Source: a virus
Lineage: Duplodnaviria; Caudoviricetes
IMG/VR virus record: IMGVR_UViG_3300024186_000074
Coordinates: 1 to 44,943 of that record
Reading direction: 5' to 3' (one strand)
Length of the DNA stretch: 44,943 nt
Shown: in pieces, positions 32,676-42,305 of the stretch
How positions within the stretch are numbered: the first letter of the stretch is position 1
Layout of the letters: every line of letters begins with the position of its first letter
Position numbers and translations under genes: made by a program
The notes under the pieces: model-generated
The model's database searches: none
Told to the model about the DNA's origin: nothing
Seen by the model: only the letters and a program-made list of their open reading frames with translations

Positions 32676-32985
32676 GCACTTCTACTTGCGGTTGTGGTTC
32701 AACGACTACTTTCTGGACTATAGGGTCAGCGCCCGCGACGAGCTTTTCGTAGTATTGCTGCCTGAAACCTTCTTCGTTCCAGCTGGGGAATTTGCCATCT
32801 GCCTGCGCCAGCTGCGTAGCCAGCCCATAGACGTACACCCAAGCAATGTAGCCGGGCATCTTGGCCGTCTGGCCGGGCCCGAGCTCGTAGTCTTTATTGT
32901 GTACCTTGAACTTGTACGTTTCGGCGGTCGGATTAGTGACGGTTACCTGCTGGTCCTCCGTCCATGAGAACTCTTTGGGGTCCAT
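32596..32985 (-). CDS. Hypothetical protein
   Basis: AAGGAG RBS; TGcTATTAT promoter at ~33014-33022. Confidence 0.65.
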   Translation of the reverse strand: MDPKEFSWTEDQQVTVTNPTAETYKFKVHNKDYELGPGQTAKMPGYIAWVYVYGLATQLAQADGKFPSWNEEGFRQQYYEKLVAGADPIVQKVVVEPQPQVEVLDTEPPAPGTGKSFTPKASSGRPAGA

Positions 32986-33027
32986 GCTTTTAAGCTCCTT
33001 ATGTTATGCGCTCATAATAGCATAACC

Positions 33028-33060
33028 AAAACAAAACCCCCGACGCGCGGGGGTTGTTTG
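33028..33060 (-). terminator. Intrinsic terminator after the capsid operon
   Basis: AACCCCCG-loop-CGGGGGTT followed by TTGTTTT on the minus strand. Confidence 0.75.
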
Positions 33061-33075
33061 GTGGGTCTGTATCCG

Positions 33076-33696
33076 TTAGGACGTTGACCAAGGGGTGGTT
33101 GGCGTCGCACTGGCGACAATAGTGCCCGTAACGCTCCATAGCGTAGAGCTGACACACCGCCATTCTTGAACCGAGCCGATGATACCACCGGTGGCGTTCG
33201 ATGAGGCGGAGTTCATGATTGTGGCTATATGGCTAGTACCGTTACCCAGGAACGACTTGCTTGCCAGGTTGTCGGAGCTTGCCAGGAGCGAACCCGTAGC
33301 AAATGTTGTACCGGCATCTGTAATGACCTTGTAGGTGTTCGAGGTAACCGTGACGGTCGTCAGGAACATATACGATAGGCCCACTACTGGCGCTGGCAGC
33401 GTAAACACAATCCCGGCAGCACGGTCCATAAGGACGAATGAGCCAGACTGGGCAGCGGTCAGCGTTACAGTTGCGCCAGAACCCGAGACTACGCTTGATG
33501 TGCGGCCACCGGAGAACACCGGTGCTGCGCTAAACGTCGCTACGCCCGTAAAGTTCGACGTACCAGTGACGGCCAGGGTGCTAGAAAGCGTGGTCGCTCC
33601 GGTAACTGCGACAGTACTACCAAACGTAGCCGCCTTACCGGTGTTGAAGCCGTTGGCCATGACGTTCGGTTCGTTGTTCTCGATTTTTATCGTCAT
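33076..33696 (-). CDS. Putative minor capsid / decoration protein
   Basis: VTGATTLSSTLAVTG repeats; TLTAAQSG...FTLPAP..GL motif. Confidence 0.55.
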   Translation of the reverse strand: MTIKIENNEPNVMANGFNTGKAATFGSTVAVTGATTLSSTLAVTGTSNFTGVATFSAAPVFSGGRTSSVVSGSGATVTLTAAQSGSFVLMDRAAGIVFTLPAPVVGLSYMFLTTVTVTSNTYKVITDAGTTFATGSLLASSDNLASKSFLGNGTSHIATIMNSASSNATGGIIGSVQEWRCVSSTLWSVTGTIVASATPTTPWSTS

Positions 33697-33707
33697 ATGG
33701 TCCCTTT

Positions 33708-34427
33708 CTATTCTAGGGTTAGGAAGACTGGGTAGTATTTGGCGTCAACCGTTGCTTCGGGAGCTACACCAACGCGCTGGGTGACTGCCGAAGTGCCTTC
33801 GACTACTAGGGCGCCGTTCACAGAGGCAGAGACGATGGCGTCAGAGCCCTTGCCGATTACACCGTCCGACAGCACTGATGCGATACCACCGGTCTGCGAC
33901 CAGTAGAAGTAGGTAGCAGTAGCTGCCACGTTGTTAGTGCCGTTGACGAACAGGGCGGCTGCAGCAGCTGAAACAACCGCGTTGCCGTAGATTGGGGGTT
34001 GCAGGGAAGCTTTGCTAGAAGTGGTAAGCGCGGTGGCTACACCTTCTGCTAGCTGGATGCGGCCACTAGTGCTGAGTGCTATGACTGGCGTGCCGGCGAC
34101 CAAGTAGGCGCAACCTACGCCAGCTGAGTCGTTGATTACCAGGTAACCACCGTCATACTGACCAAGCGTGGTAGCCGTAGCACCAAGTGTCACGTTTACT
34201 GAACGGTCACCAACGGCCGCGGCAGTCGCTACAGCCATGTTGGTGTGGTCGGTTACTTTGGCAGCGGGTGTGTTTACCTTGCCAGCGGCCAGGTTGACTG
34301 CGCCGGCGGACGCATAGCGGAATACGCGGCCGTCCGAGGTCTCAGCAACGCTGCCGAGCTTGTGCAGCTGGGTAGAGCTGGTGGTGCGCGCGTCCTGGTT
34401 GCTTAGTGAAAGTCTTTGTGTAAACAT
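33708..34427 (-). CDS. Putative capsid cement / decoration protein
   Basis: Directly after the major capsid gene; DGRVFRYA and YFYWSQTGG motifs; strong RBS. Confidence 0.6.
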   Translation of the reverse strand: MFTQRLSLSNQDARTTSSTQLHKLGSVAETSDGRVFRYASAGAVNLAAGKVNTPAAKVTDHTNMAVATAAAVGDRSVNVTLGATATTLGQYDGGYLVINDSAGVGCAYLVAGTPVIALSTSGRIQLAEGVATALTTSSKASLQPPIYGNAVVSAAAAALFVNGTNNVAATATYFYWSQTGGIASVLSDGVIGKGSDAIVSASVNGALVVEGTSAVTQRVGVAPEATVDAKYYPVFLTLE

Positions 34428-34438
34428 CGTTCTTCTCC

Positions 34439-35494
34439 TTAGACTCCCGTGGTGCCAGTCATTACGCCGGAGCGGACTGGGTTACGGTTTATTAGGTTGC
34501 CATAAACGATGATGTGCCCGATGTCACCAAGCTGGTTGTAGGGGTTCATCATCTCGGTGATTTGGAAAGCGCTGGGTGAGGGCTCGTTGTTGTAGACGCC
34601 CTTGGTGACTTGGTTGCTCAGTGTGACTGCCTTCATCTGTGGGAAGTCCAGCCGCGCAAAGTCGATGCTGTTCTCGTTCAGGGTGTAAGTCTTGCCAGAG
34701 GCAACCTTCTCATCCTTCACGAATGGCACGCCGCGGTGGAAGATGGCCGTAAAGCCAGATGCGCCACCAAGTTGTGCAGCTTTGACTGCGCCACCGTTCG
34801 GTGTGTAGGCCGATACGTAGGTGGGGATGTTGGCGTACATCTCGCGGGTCTTCGGGTCGAGCAGTTGCTCGACGTAGCCCCAGATTGTCTTAGTGGTCAG
34901 TGCCAGAGTAGTCCCTTCAGCGCTGTTGGCCGGAGTACAAGCGTCGAACTGGGTGCCGATGGCGGCCAGTGTCAGGGTCGTAACCGCGTTCACCTGGCCG
35001 TTGATGACGGAGCCATAAGTGGTGCGGCTTAAGGTGCCGTAGGTCGAGCTCAGGGTCGAGTTGTCCGTCATCAGGTCTAAGCCTTCGATGGCGTCGCCCA
35101 AGCCCAGGCCGGTCAGCGTGGTGCCGAGGCGGTCCTTCAGTTCGTTCTTAGCCACATCCATCTTGCGGGCTACGAGCTTGATGACTCCAGCCTTAGTCTG
35201 GTTGTGTGCTATTTCAGCCCAAGGGATAACGATGCTTTGGCGCTTACCCTTAGCCAGCCATTTCAGGTTCTGGTCGGTATTTACGGCCGATACGTCGAAG
35301 ACGGGCATGCCGACGAAGTCGCTGTTGTTGTCGTTCAGCGAGGTCTGAATCGGCTGTTGCATGTACTGGCCTTCGTCCCAGTCGACCGGGTTAGTTAGGA
35401 AACGGGCAGGCAAAACGCTACCGTTGTGGATGCCATCTACTACGTAACCAGCTAGGCTTTGCGCCGTAGTGGTTAGGATGCCAGCATAATCCAT
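34439..35494 (-). CDS. Major capsid protein
   Basis: 351 aa, follows portal and scaffold, strong RBS, GFTAIFHRGVPFVKDE and terminal RNPVRSGVMTG. Confidence 0.8.
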   Translation of the reverse strand: MDYAGILTTTAQSLAGYVVDGIHNGSVLPARFLTNPVDWDEGQYMQQPIQTSLNDNNSDFVGMPVFDVSAVNTDQNLKWLAKGKRQSIVIPWAEIAHNQTKAGVIKLVARKMDVAKNELKDRLGTTLTGLGLGDAIEGLDLMTDNSTLSSTYGTLSRTTYGSVINGQVNAVTTLTLAAIGTQFDACTPANSAEGTTLALTTKTIWGYVEQLLDPKTREMYANIPTYVSAYTPNGGAVKAAQLGGASGFTAIFHRGVPFVKDEKVASGKTYTLNENSIDFARLDFPQMKAVTLSNQVTKGVYNNEPSPSAFQITEMMNPYNQLGDIGHIIVYGNLINRNPVRSGVMTGTTGV

Positions 35495-35560
35495 GTTCTT
35501 TCTCTCCTTACGTGATTGATTTAGGTTATCAATCTCCGCAAGGGGAGGAGTTTAAAGCAT

Positions 35561-35612
35561 GAAAAACAGCCCCCTTGCGGAGGCTGCTTGATGAACCATT
35601 GACTGCATAATA
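35561..35612 (-). promoter_or_regulatory. Leader copy D before the major capsid gene: TATTAT-6nt-AATGGTT...CAGCCTCC-GCAA-GGGGGCTG-TTTTT
   Basis: -10 box at 35607-35612 and GNRA-loop terminator hairpin. Confidence 0.7.
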
Positions 35613-35643
35613 GCCGAAAGGCTGGGCTAATACAAGGACATTC

Positions 35644-36483
35644 TTACAGGAGACCCATTGCCTTGGCAGCTTGGGTGGCATTGCGGGCGCTACCAGCCTT
35701 GTAGACCGGTGAAGCACCGGTTGCAGGTGCGCTAGAACCGCCCACTAATGAACCGTTCTTGCGTGCGGTCTCTTTAGCAGCCTTGTCAGCCTCTACCTTG
35801 GCCTCGCGCGCCTCTTTGTTCTCCAATTTGTCAAGCGCATCTTCAAAACTGCCGATGGTTGGTGCTCCGGCGGCTATACGCTTGTCGTTTTCCTCGGCCA
35901 TGAACTTGTAGACTTGGTCGACGCGCTCGGTACCAGTGGCTGGCAGGCGCTTCTCACCCTGTAGGGCCTTGATTTCCTCATTCCAGCCCTTCTGAATGTC
36001 AGCCACGCGCTGGTTTTGGGCGTTGGTAGCTTCTGCAGCGGCCTGGTCGGCCTCATACTTGGCCTTCTCGCCCTCTTTTTGCTGGAGGTCATGCAGAATC
36101 TGCAGAATCTGGCCGTTACTCTTAGGCTCGAAGTCTTTCAGGGCGTCCTCTAGGTTGTCGCCCGGCTGCAGCTTGAACGTGACACCGTTGGCGTCTACTA
36201 CTTGGAGTGTGAAGTCAGGGCCATCAGTAGGTGCCTCCGGTTCGGGCTCTGGTTCAGGCTCTTCGGGTTCTTCTTCCTCTGGTTCCTCGGGAGCAGGTTC
36301 TTCAGCTGGTGCCTCTGGTTCAGCCTCGGCCTTTGGGGTATCCAGCTTGATACCCGAGCCCTTAAGTACTTCCGCTACTTCTTCCGGTGTCGTGCCCTCA
36401 CCTTTGTCTGCGGGTGCCTCGGCTGGCGCCTCTGGCGCTGGTGTTTCTACTGCTGGCGCTGGTGCGCCTGATTCGTCTTCCAT
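35644..36483 (-). CDS. Capsid scaffolding protein
   Basis: Glu/Pro-rich N-terminus and helical body; lies between portal and capsid genes. Confidence 0.7.
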   Translation of the reverse strand: MEDESGAPAPAVETPAPEAPAEAPADKGEGTTPEEVAEVLKGSGIKLDTPKAEAEPEAPAEEPAPEEPEEEEPEEPEPEPEPEAPTDGPDFTLQVVDANGVTFKLQPGDNLEDALKDFEPKSNGQILQILHDLQQKEGEKAKYEADQAAAEATNAQNQRVADIQKGWNEEIKALQGEKRLPATGTERVDQVYKFMAEENDKRIAAGAPTIGSFEDALDKLENKEAREAKVEADKAAKETARKNGSLVGGSSAPATGASPVYKAGSARNATQAAKAMGLL

Positions 36484-36496
36484 GCTTTACTCCTTA

Positions 36497-38491
36497 TTAC
36501 TGAACTGGTTTAGGTGCAGCCCCTCGCTGCGGTGGCTGGCCTGGCGCTCCAGGTTGCATTGGTGGCGGTGGCGCACTGTTAGCCGCGTCTACCTGCATGT
36601 TGTGGGCTGCTACGTCCTGTGGGGTTGGCAGCTGTGTCTCAGCCATGCCAAGCATCTTCTGGCCACGGGCTAGCTGGATATCTATGAACTGGCTAATTAC
36701 CTGGCGCGTCATGATGTCGATATTCGGGTTCTCGAGGTCGCCGCTCAGCACGTAGTGGTTCAGGTAGTCGAAGTACTCCTTGCTCAGCTCGTCACGGTAC
36801 GGCGGCTGCTGGCCGGCCTTAAGCATCTGGATGTCCACGTAGGCGTCGCGGTCAAAGACTTCTTCTTGGGTATCCTGTAAGAAACCGGTAGGATTGGCCG
36901 TCCAGTCAGCCACGCGCTTGGCGTACTTTTGCGCGTTAGGCTCATCCATGATTTCCCAGTAGGTCAGCGGGTCAATCATCATAGATGCGGCAGCCTTGTC
37001 AGCGGTAGCGCGGCGCTGCGGATTGTCGATAGGCATGGATGTGCCGGCCTTAATCTGCATCTCAGCGTTCACGTCTAATTCATCGGTGTGCATGATGACG
37101 TAGTCGAACTCGGCGTTCTCACCTACGAACTTGAACAACTCCTGCTCCTGGCCGTAGACGAACAGGAACTGCGCCACCAGTGGGTAGAGCCGCGCCATGC
37201 CTACGTCTATGGCATCCACAATCTCTTGCTGGCGGCCTACAGACTGGTCACGTAGCAGCTCGTCCTGGCCGAGCGTCTTGTTGTCGGATTCGTTGCCCTG
37301 GTTCACGTTGGAGGCGCCAAAGGTGTTCTGTACGCCTTCTACGGCATCCTGCTTGTCCTTGTAGACATCGGGGGAGAGTGTGCCGGCCTTCCAGGTGGTG
37401 AAGACGTCATTGATGCTCTGCTTGCCAGCATTGCTGACGTCGAGCTCCAAGACGGTGTCTGGCTCAAACTGCACGTACTCGGCTTGGTCGTCAGCCAGGG
37501 CGGCCGCGTCCACTACAGGCATCCCGATGTTGCCCAGGCCGGCGTTCACGCCTATCTGCCGCCCACGCTGGTCTATGGTGCTCTGCAGATACTTAGCCTG
37601 CTCTACGAAGCTGGTGCGGTCTATGTGGGTACGGCCGTCAGCCAACACGTTGAACTCAATGAGCGGCATCTGGGGGTAGTCGATGAAGTTCTGCTTGCCC
37701 GGTAGCCAGTTAGGGTTGGGTACAGCACCAAAGCACACCTTGTTGTAAGACCAACTACATATGAGGTCTAAGCCATCATCACCCGGTACGAAACACCAGT
37801 CCTCGTGTATCTGGTAGGACTTCTGCATGTCGGCCCGAGGCGAGTTTTCGTCCAACTGGAAGGTATCAAGTATCTTCGCCTTCATGTCAGGGAACATGGT
37901 AATGAGGTCTTCGGGCGTCTTGTCCAGCACATGCCGGAAGTACCGTAGTTCCTCGTCGGTGCGGGCCTTGTGGTCAACGATGATGGACTCTGCCGGCACG
38001 TACTCGATAGCGCAGAAGTTCTTCTTAACCGCGTCGTAGCGCAGTTTGAGGTAGCCGCGGCGCCGTATGATGGCATCTTCCAGCGCGAACTTTACCTTGC
38101 GCTTCAGATTCTGCTTCTTTACGTGGATGTACAGCGCCTTTTCGATGTCCTCGGCAAAGCGCTTAGCCTCTTCTGATGTGCTGCTAGGTGCACCTTCGGG
38201 CTCGGTAATACGGCTGGTTACGTACGGCACGATGGTGCGTATGGAGCTAAAGATGCGGTTGTCAAGCGACAGGTTCTTGTCCTGGCTGTCATCTAAGTCA
38301 GAGACTTGCTTGCCGAAGTAGTACCGCTCGTTGGCCTTGGTGGTCTTCTCAAGCTCGTAGTCTTTGCCATCCCAGAAGCCCTTAGACTCGCCTATGCGAC
38401 GGTCCATCATCTCTACTAGCTGGTCACCCGTCATGCCCGCGATATTCACGGTCGGGTAGTCCTGTTTAGCTGGAGTCGAGGATTTAGCCAT
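36497..38491 (-). CDS. Portal protein
   Basis: 664 aa; DNRIFSSIRTIVP and IKAGTSMP motifs; Pro/Gln-rich tail; upstream of scaffold and capsid. Confidence 0.8.
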   Translation of the reverse strand: MAKSSTPAKQDYPTVNIAGMTGDQLVEMMDRRIGESKGFWDGKDYELEKTTKANERYYFGKQVSDLDDSQDKNLSLDNRIFSSIRTIVPYVTSRITEPEGAPSSTSEEAKRFAEDIEKALYIHVKKQNLKRKVKFALEDAIIRRRGYLKLRYDAVKKNFCAIEYVPAESIIVDHKARTDEELRYFRHVLDKTPEDLITMFPDMKAKILDTFQLDENSPRADMQKSYQIHEDWCFVPGDDGLDLICSWSYNKVCFGAVPNPNWLPGKQNFIDYPQMPLIEFNVLADGRTHIDRTSFVEQAKYLQSTIDQRGRQIGVNAGLGNIGMPVVDAAALADDQAEYVQFEPDTVLELDVSNAGKQSINDVFTTWKAGTLSPDVYKDKQDAVEGVQNTFGASNVNQGNESDNKTLGQDELLRDQSVGRQQEIVDAIDVGMARLYPLVAQFLFVYGQEQELFKFVGENAEFDYVIMHTDELDVNAEMQIKAGTSMPIDNPQRRATADKAAASMMIDPLTYWEIMDEPNAQKYAKRVADWTANPTGFLQDTQEEVFDRDAYVDIQMLKAGQQPPYRDELSKEYFDYLNHYVLSGDLENPNIDIMTRQVISQFIDIQLARGQKMLGMAETQLPTPQDVAAHNMQVDAANSAPPPPMQPGAPGQPPQRGAAPKPVQ

Positions 38492-38516
38492 GGTTTAAGT
38501 GAATTGTAGCACAGTG

Positions 38517-38813
38517 CTAGAGCTTGCGACGCAAATCCTCAAGCTCCTCGGGCGTGAATACCTTTTTGGCAGTGTCAGGGTACAAACGTAGGAACTCCAC
38601 ATTGGGGCCAACCGCGTTGTACGGCTGGATGGTGTCTTGGGCGTTGTCTTCATAGCCGCGGCGCCGTTCATAGCTGGCAGCGCCCGAGCTAAGCGTCTCA
38701 CCGCCTAAGCAGCCTTGGCAGATGCGGCTGTAGTACTTGCCGTTGACGACTGCCGCGCGGCAGTGTGGCTTAGTCTGTTTGCAACTCTGGCACTTCATTG
38801 CCCAACTCTTCAC
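38517..38813 (-). CDS. Hypothetical protein with CxxC pairs
   Basis: CQSC...CQGC. Confidence 0.6.
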   Translation of the reverse strand: MKSWAMKCQSCKQTKPHCRAAVVNGKYYSRICQGCLGGETLSSGAASYERRRGYEDNAQDTIQPYNAVGPNVEFLRLYPDTAKKVFTPEELEDLRRKL

Positions 38814-38997
38814 TGAACCGACGGTTTACCTCCCCAAACAATGCCTTGAACTCGGCGGTCGTGAGTTGCACCACTGTCTTGGAGCTAAATACACCATCGC
38901 GGGCATCATTTATGTGAATCTCAAACATCTCAGGGTAGGCCTCGCTGTCACGCACCCATATGAACGTGTTACGGAAGTTGTGTGACACTAGTCTCAT
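38770..38997 (-). CDS. Hypothetical protein
   Basis: Overlapping ORF in the operon. Confidence 0.5.
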   Translation of the reverse strand: MRLVSHNFRNTFIWVRDSEAYPEMFEIHINDARDGVFSSKTVVQLTTAEFKALFGEVNRRFSEELGNEVPELQTD

Positions 38998-39220
38998 CTT
39001 CGGTGGCCTCCTGGGCTTCTTTAATCTTGCGTAGCTGCTTGGGCATGACCTTCACGACCCGGCCACCTTGATACGAGTCGTGTGGCCGGTATGTAGGTGC
39101 CTTGGTATGCGTGATGAAGCGGCCGCGGCTAGCATGCGGGTTCTCGACAGGCTCTACCGGAACCTCAACGACTGGCCGCCACCAAGCCCTAAGCCGCTCT
39201 AGCAGGTTCTTCATCTTCAA
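38969..39220 (-). CDS. Hypothetical protein
   Basis: Overlapping ORF in the operon. Confidence 0.5.
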   Translation of the reverse strand: MKMKNLLERLRAWWRPVVEVPVEPVENPHASRGRFITHTKAPTYRPHDSYQGGRVVKVMPKQLRKIKEAQEATEDETSVTQLP

Positions 39221-40799
39221 CGTCCGTGATTATCGCGCCCATGGTAAGTAGCGAACCAGCAATGCTGAACGCATTCTTAACTGCCTGGGTGACTACCTTG
39301 GTGGCGTCGACTATGCCAGCTTCGACCAGGTCGACAGGCTCGGTAGTCATCTGCCGTAGGTTGTAGCCCATGCCGTAGCCAGCTTCTAGCGTCTTGTTCA
39401 GGTACAAGCCAGCGTCCTCGCCGGCGTTGCTCATGAGCAGGCGGAAAGGCTGTTGAAGGGCTTCTTTAACGAATGCTTCCAAGGCGGGAACTTCGTCATT
39501 GCCAGAAGCAGATAGGGCTGCCTGGTGGCGCAGCGTGCTAGCGAACAGCAACGTGGTAGCACCACCGGCCACGATGCCGCTGCTTAGAGCGCTCTTACAT
39601 GCCTCTACAGCGTCTTCAACCCTGAAGAACAGCTCTTCGCGTTCGCTCTCGGTAGCTGCACCGACCTTGATGATGCTGACTTTGCCGGCAAGCTTGGCCT
39701 TGCGCTCGTCCAGCTGCTCCTTGAGGCTTGGTGTAACGTCGCTAGCGGCTAGTTGGCCCTCAATCTCGGCAATACGGCTAGCTATAGCGTCACCAGTGCT
39801 GTTGTCACCGAACAAGATTGCCTTGTCCCGGTTGACACGTGAGCCTTTAATGGTGCCAAAATCTTCGAGCTTCACGTCTTTAAAGCTGTCGCCTTCGAGC
39901 ACCAGCGTGGCGCCAGTGTAGGTAGCGATGTCTACGAAGAAGTCGTGGCCATCTGCACCGAAGGCTGGCGGGGGGATAGCCATACCGTCAGCCTTGCCGT
40001 TCTGGATAGCCCATACGAGCGTCTCTAGGGCTGCGCCGGCCACATCACCGACGATGATGAATTGCCTGTTATTCTGAGCCATCAGCTCGAGTACGGGGAT
40101 GATGTCAGTCTTGGTAGCCATGCGCTTCTGGGTAACGAGCACAAGGGGAGCTTCAAACTCCACCTCTTGTGACAGCACACGGAAACCGTTGTTAAACAGG
40201 TAGCCAGTAACTTTCTCGACCTGGACGTTGGGAGCGTTGTGGTAGGTAATGGTGATAGCACCGTCTGCGCCTACATCCCACACCAAATCACTTACCATCT
40301 CGCCCAGCGCCTCGTCAGTGGAACTGATGACGGCTACCTGGCGCAGCTTGTCTTTGGTGCACTCCACCGATTTGCTCTCTACGAACTTCAGGATGGTTTC
40401 ACGGTCTCTGTCCAGCGCACGCTTGATGACCATAGGGTCTTCGCCTGCCACGATGCGGCGGTAGCCAGCCTTGTACAACTCGGCCAGGAGCACGACCGTA
40501 GCCGTGGTGCCGTCGCCGGCGGTTTTGTTGGTCTTCTCGCTAGCCTGGTAGACCAGCTTGGCAGCCTCACGAGCTATTGGGTTAGGTAGCTTGTTGCCGT
40601 ACCCAGCAATGTCGCGAGCTACGGTTACACCATCACGAGTAAGTATCGGGTGCACGTACTTCTTCTGTATGAGCACGTTACGGCCACCAGGGCCATATGT
40701 ACTGCCTACAGCCTTGCGCATTGTTTCAACGCCCTTGGCGATGTCTACGTGGGCTACTTCATCAAAGGTCACCTCTTTAGTTCGGTCTTTTGCTTCCAT
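39189..40799 (-). CDS. groEL: Chaperonin GroEL (phage-encoded, divergent)
   Basis: TYGPGGRNV, TRDGVTVA, AGDGTTAT, IKVGAATESE, RVEDAV and GIVAGG motifs; no GGM tail. Confidence 0.95.
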   Translation of the reverse strand: MEAKDRTKEVTFDEVAHVDIAKGVETMRKAVGSTYGPGGRNVLIQKKYVHPILTRDGVTVARDIAGYGNKLPNPIAREAAKLVYQASEKTNKTAGDGTTATVVLLAELYKAGYRRIVAGEDPMVIKRALDRDRETILKFVESKSVECTKDKLRQVAVISSTDEALGEMVSDLVWDVGADGAITITYHNAPNVQVEKVTGYLFNNGFRVLSQEVEFEAPLVLVTQKRMATKTDIIPVLELMAQNNRQFIIVGDVAGAALETLVWAIQNGKADGMAIPPPAFGADGHDFFVDIATYTGATLVLEGDSFKDVKLEDFGTIKGSRVNRDKAILFGDNSTGDAIASRIAEIEGQLAASDVTPSLKEQLDERKAKLAGKVSIIKVGAATESEREELFFRVEDAVEACKSALSSGIVAGGATTLLFASTLRHQAALSASGNDEVPALEAFVKEALQQPFRLLMSNAGEDAGLYLNKTLEAGYGMGYNLRQMTTEPVDLVEAGIVDATKVVTQAVKNAFSIAGSLLTMGAIITDVEDEEPARAA

Positions 40800-40948
40800 T
40801 ACTTCTCCTTGAACAGTGGTTGCTTAGTTGTGCGGTCGATTAGCTCGACCTTGTTGATGTCCAATATCGAGCCGGTGCCGTCCTCGAATGTGACGACGAT
40901 GCGCTTGAGCACTAGCTTGCGGGTGGCTCGAGCCTGTTTGTTGCTCAT
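40799..40948 (-). CDS. Small hypothetical protein (49 aa, MSNKQARATRKLVLKRIVVTFEDG...)
   Basis: ATGA and TAATG coupling on either side; below ORF-track cutoff. Confidence 0.65.
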   Translation of the reverse strand: MSNKQARATRKLVLKRIVVTFEDGTGSILDINKVELIDRTTKQPLFKEK

Positions 40949-41430
40949 ACGGGGACTACCAAGTCATGAGCCTTGACGTATGCGATATACGCCTTGTGTG
41001 CCTCGGCTGGTGTGTCAAAAGTACCTAATGTGATGCGGTTCCTGTTTCCACCAATACGGGCCTGCCAGCGCTTACCCATACGCTTCACGCCTCGGTAACC
41101 GGATATGCCCATGGGAGTCACGCGATTGAACCCATTATCACTTCGACCCACTAACCGTAGGTTTCCCCTCTGATTATTGAAGGGGTCTCGGTCTATATGG
41201 TCGCAAAAGAGCGCGGATGGTATCGCGCCAGCCCTACGTTTCATGATGTCTCGTTGCATCTGGACAGTGACCGTTCTCCCTATACTGCGTGGGCCAACTC
41301 TGTACGTTCTGCAGGGATAACCCGTATTGCTGACACTCCAGCTAAACTGTTGAAGATAGTCGTAATCTTCCTCACTCACCAGGGCGTACTTGCCGTTGCC
41401 ACGTTTGCCGTGTAATGCAATCTTTCTCAT
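40945..41430 (-). CDS. HNH homing endonuclease with AP2 DNA-binding domain
   Basis: CDHIDRDPFNNQRGNLR (HNH_3) and SGYRGV..WQARI..LGTFDTPAEAHKAY (AP2). Confidence 0.9.
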   Translation of the reverse strand: MRKIALHGKRGNGKYALVSEEDYDYLQQFSWSVSNTGYPCRTYRVGPRSIGRTVTVQMQRDIMKRRAGAIPSALFCDHIDRDPFNNQRGNLRLVGRSDNGFNRVTPMGISGYRGVKRMGKRWQARIGGNRNRITLGTFDTPAEAHKAYIAYVKAHDLVVPV

Positions 41431-41747
41431 TCCTTGCAAGCCCGTATATCGTACCAGTAGATGAACCCGTACAACTTGCCGTCTTCCTCGAATGTGGTGC
41501 CAGCCTCGGCACCTTCGTTCCAGATGATGTCTTTGCCAAGACAGACTTCAATCTGCCCTAATAGGGCTAGGTGACCCTTAGACAAATCATCAAAGGGGTA
41601 CGCTTGCGTCGGCACAAGGAACCCGATGTTTACGACCTTACCCTTATGAAAACTCTTACCCATCATGGACTCGTCGTTGCCGCCGCCCCATGCTGCATCT
41701 GTGTCGTCTATCTCAACGAGCACGCTATTAAATTTTGGTTGGTACAT
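41427..41747 (-). CDS. groES: Co-chaperonin GroES-like protein
   Basis: PKFNSVLVE...GKVVNIG...G..I.....GTTFEEDGKLY.....DI pattern; close to groEL. Confidence 0.7.
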   Translation of the reverse strand: MYQPKFNSVLVEIDDTDAAWGGGNDESMMGKSFHKGKVVNIGFLVPTQAYPFDDLSKGHLALLGQIEVCLGKDIIWNEGAEAGTTFEEDGKLYGFIYWYDIRACKE

Positions 41748-41777
41748 GCTTTAAGCTCCTTCTTGCTTATGCCTTGG

Positions 41778-42305
41778 TTATACCATAAGTGCCCATTCCT
41801 GGCCACACTTATTGAATGTACAGGTACGCTGGATAGGACCAAGCCGTGATGGGTTCAGGTACTCAAACGGCACGCGGTTATCCACCATCTGCGCTATGCG
41901 GTCGCTAATGCTCTGAAAGGCCTTGCCACACTCCAGGCAGTGCATGTAGCGCAGACGCTTGACTGGCTCGCTTACCAAGTAGACTGACTCGGGCTGTAGG
42001 TACAGCGGTACCGTGTTTATCTCATATGTGACGTGAATCGAGACAATAACGGTGTAGCTCTGTGCACAGCGACCACATACAACGTCAACTGGTGTGTAGT
42101 CTGCTAGGTTAATCTCTTCCGGCTGTGAGGTGTCACCAATGCGGTAAGCCACATCGCCCTGGCGCTCTAAGAACTCTTGCCCGCATTCCATACAGTTCAG
42201 CGTGCGGTACTTCATGCCCGTGGTGCTGGACAGGTACAGCTGGATGACCGTGTCCGCGTACGGTGCTCTAATGGCGTCTACGACCATATGCCCTCCTAAA
42301 ATCAA
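41778..42305 (-). CDS. Hypothetical protein with duplicated zinc-ribbon motifs
   Basis: CMECG...CGRC and CLECG...CTFNKC. Confidence 0.6.
   Translation of the reverse strand: MILGGHMVVDAIRAPYADTVIQLYLSSTTGMKYRTLNCMECGQEFLERQGDVAYRIGDTSQPEEINLADYTPVDVVCGRCAQSYTVIVSIHVTYEINTVPLYLQPESVYLVSEPVKRLRYMHCLECGKAFQSISDRIAQMVDNRVPFEYLNPSRLGPIQRTCTFNKCGQEWALMV

Noticed and set aside
36230-36480. Glu-Pro repeat-like DNA
   Set aside because: Ordinary low-complexity N-terminus of the scaffold protein.
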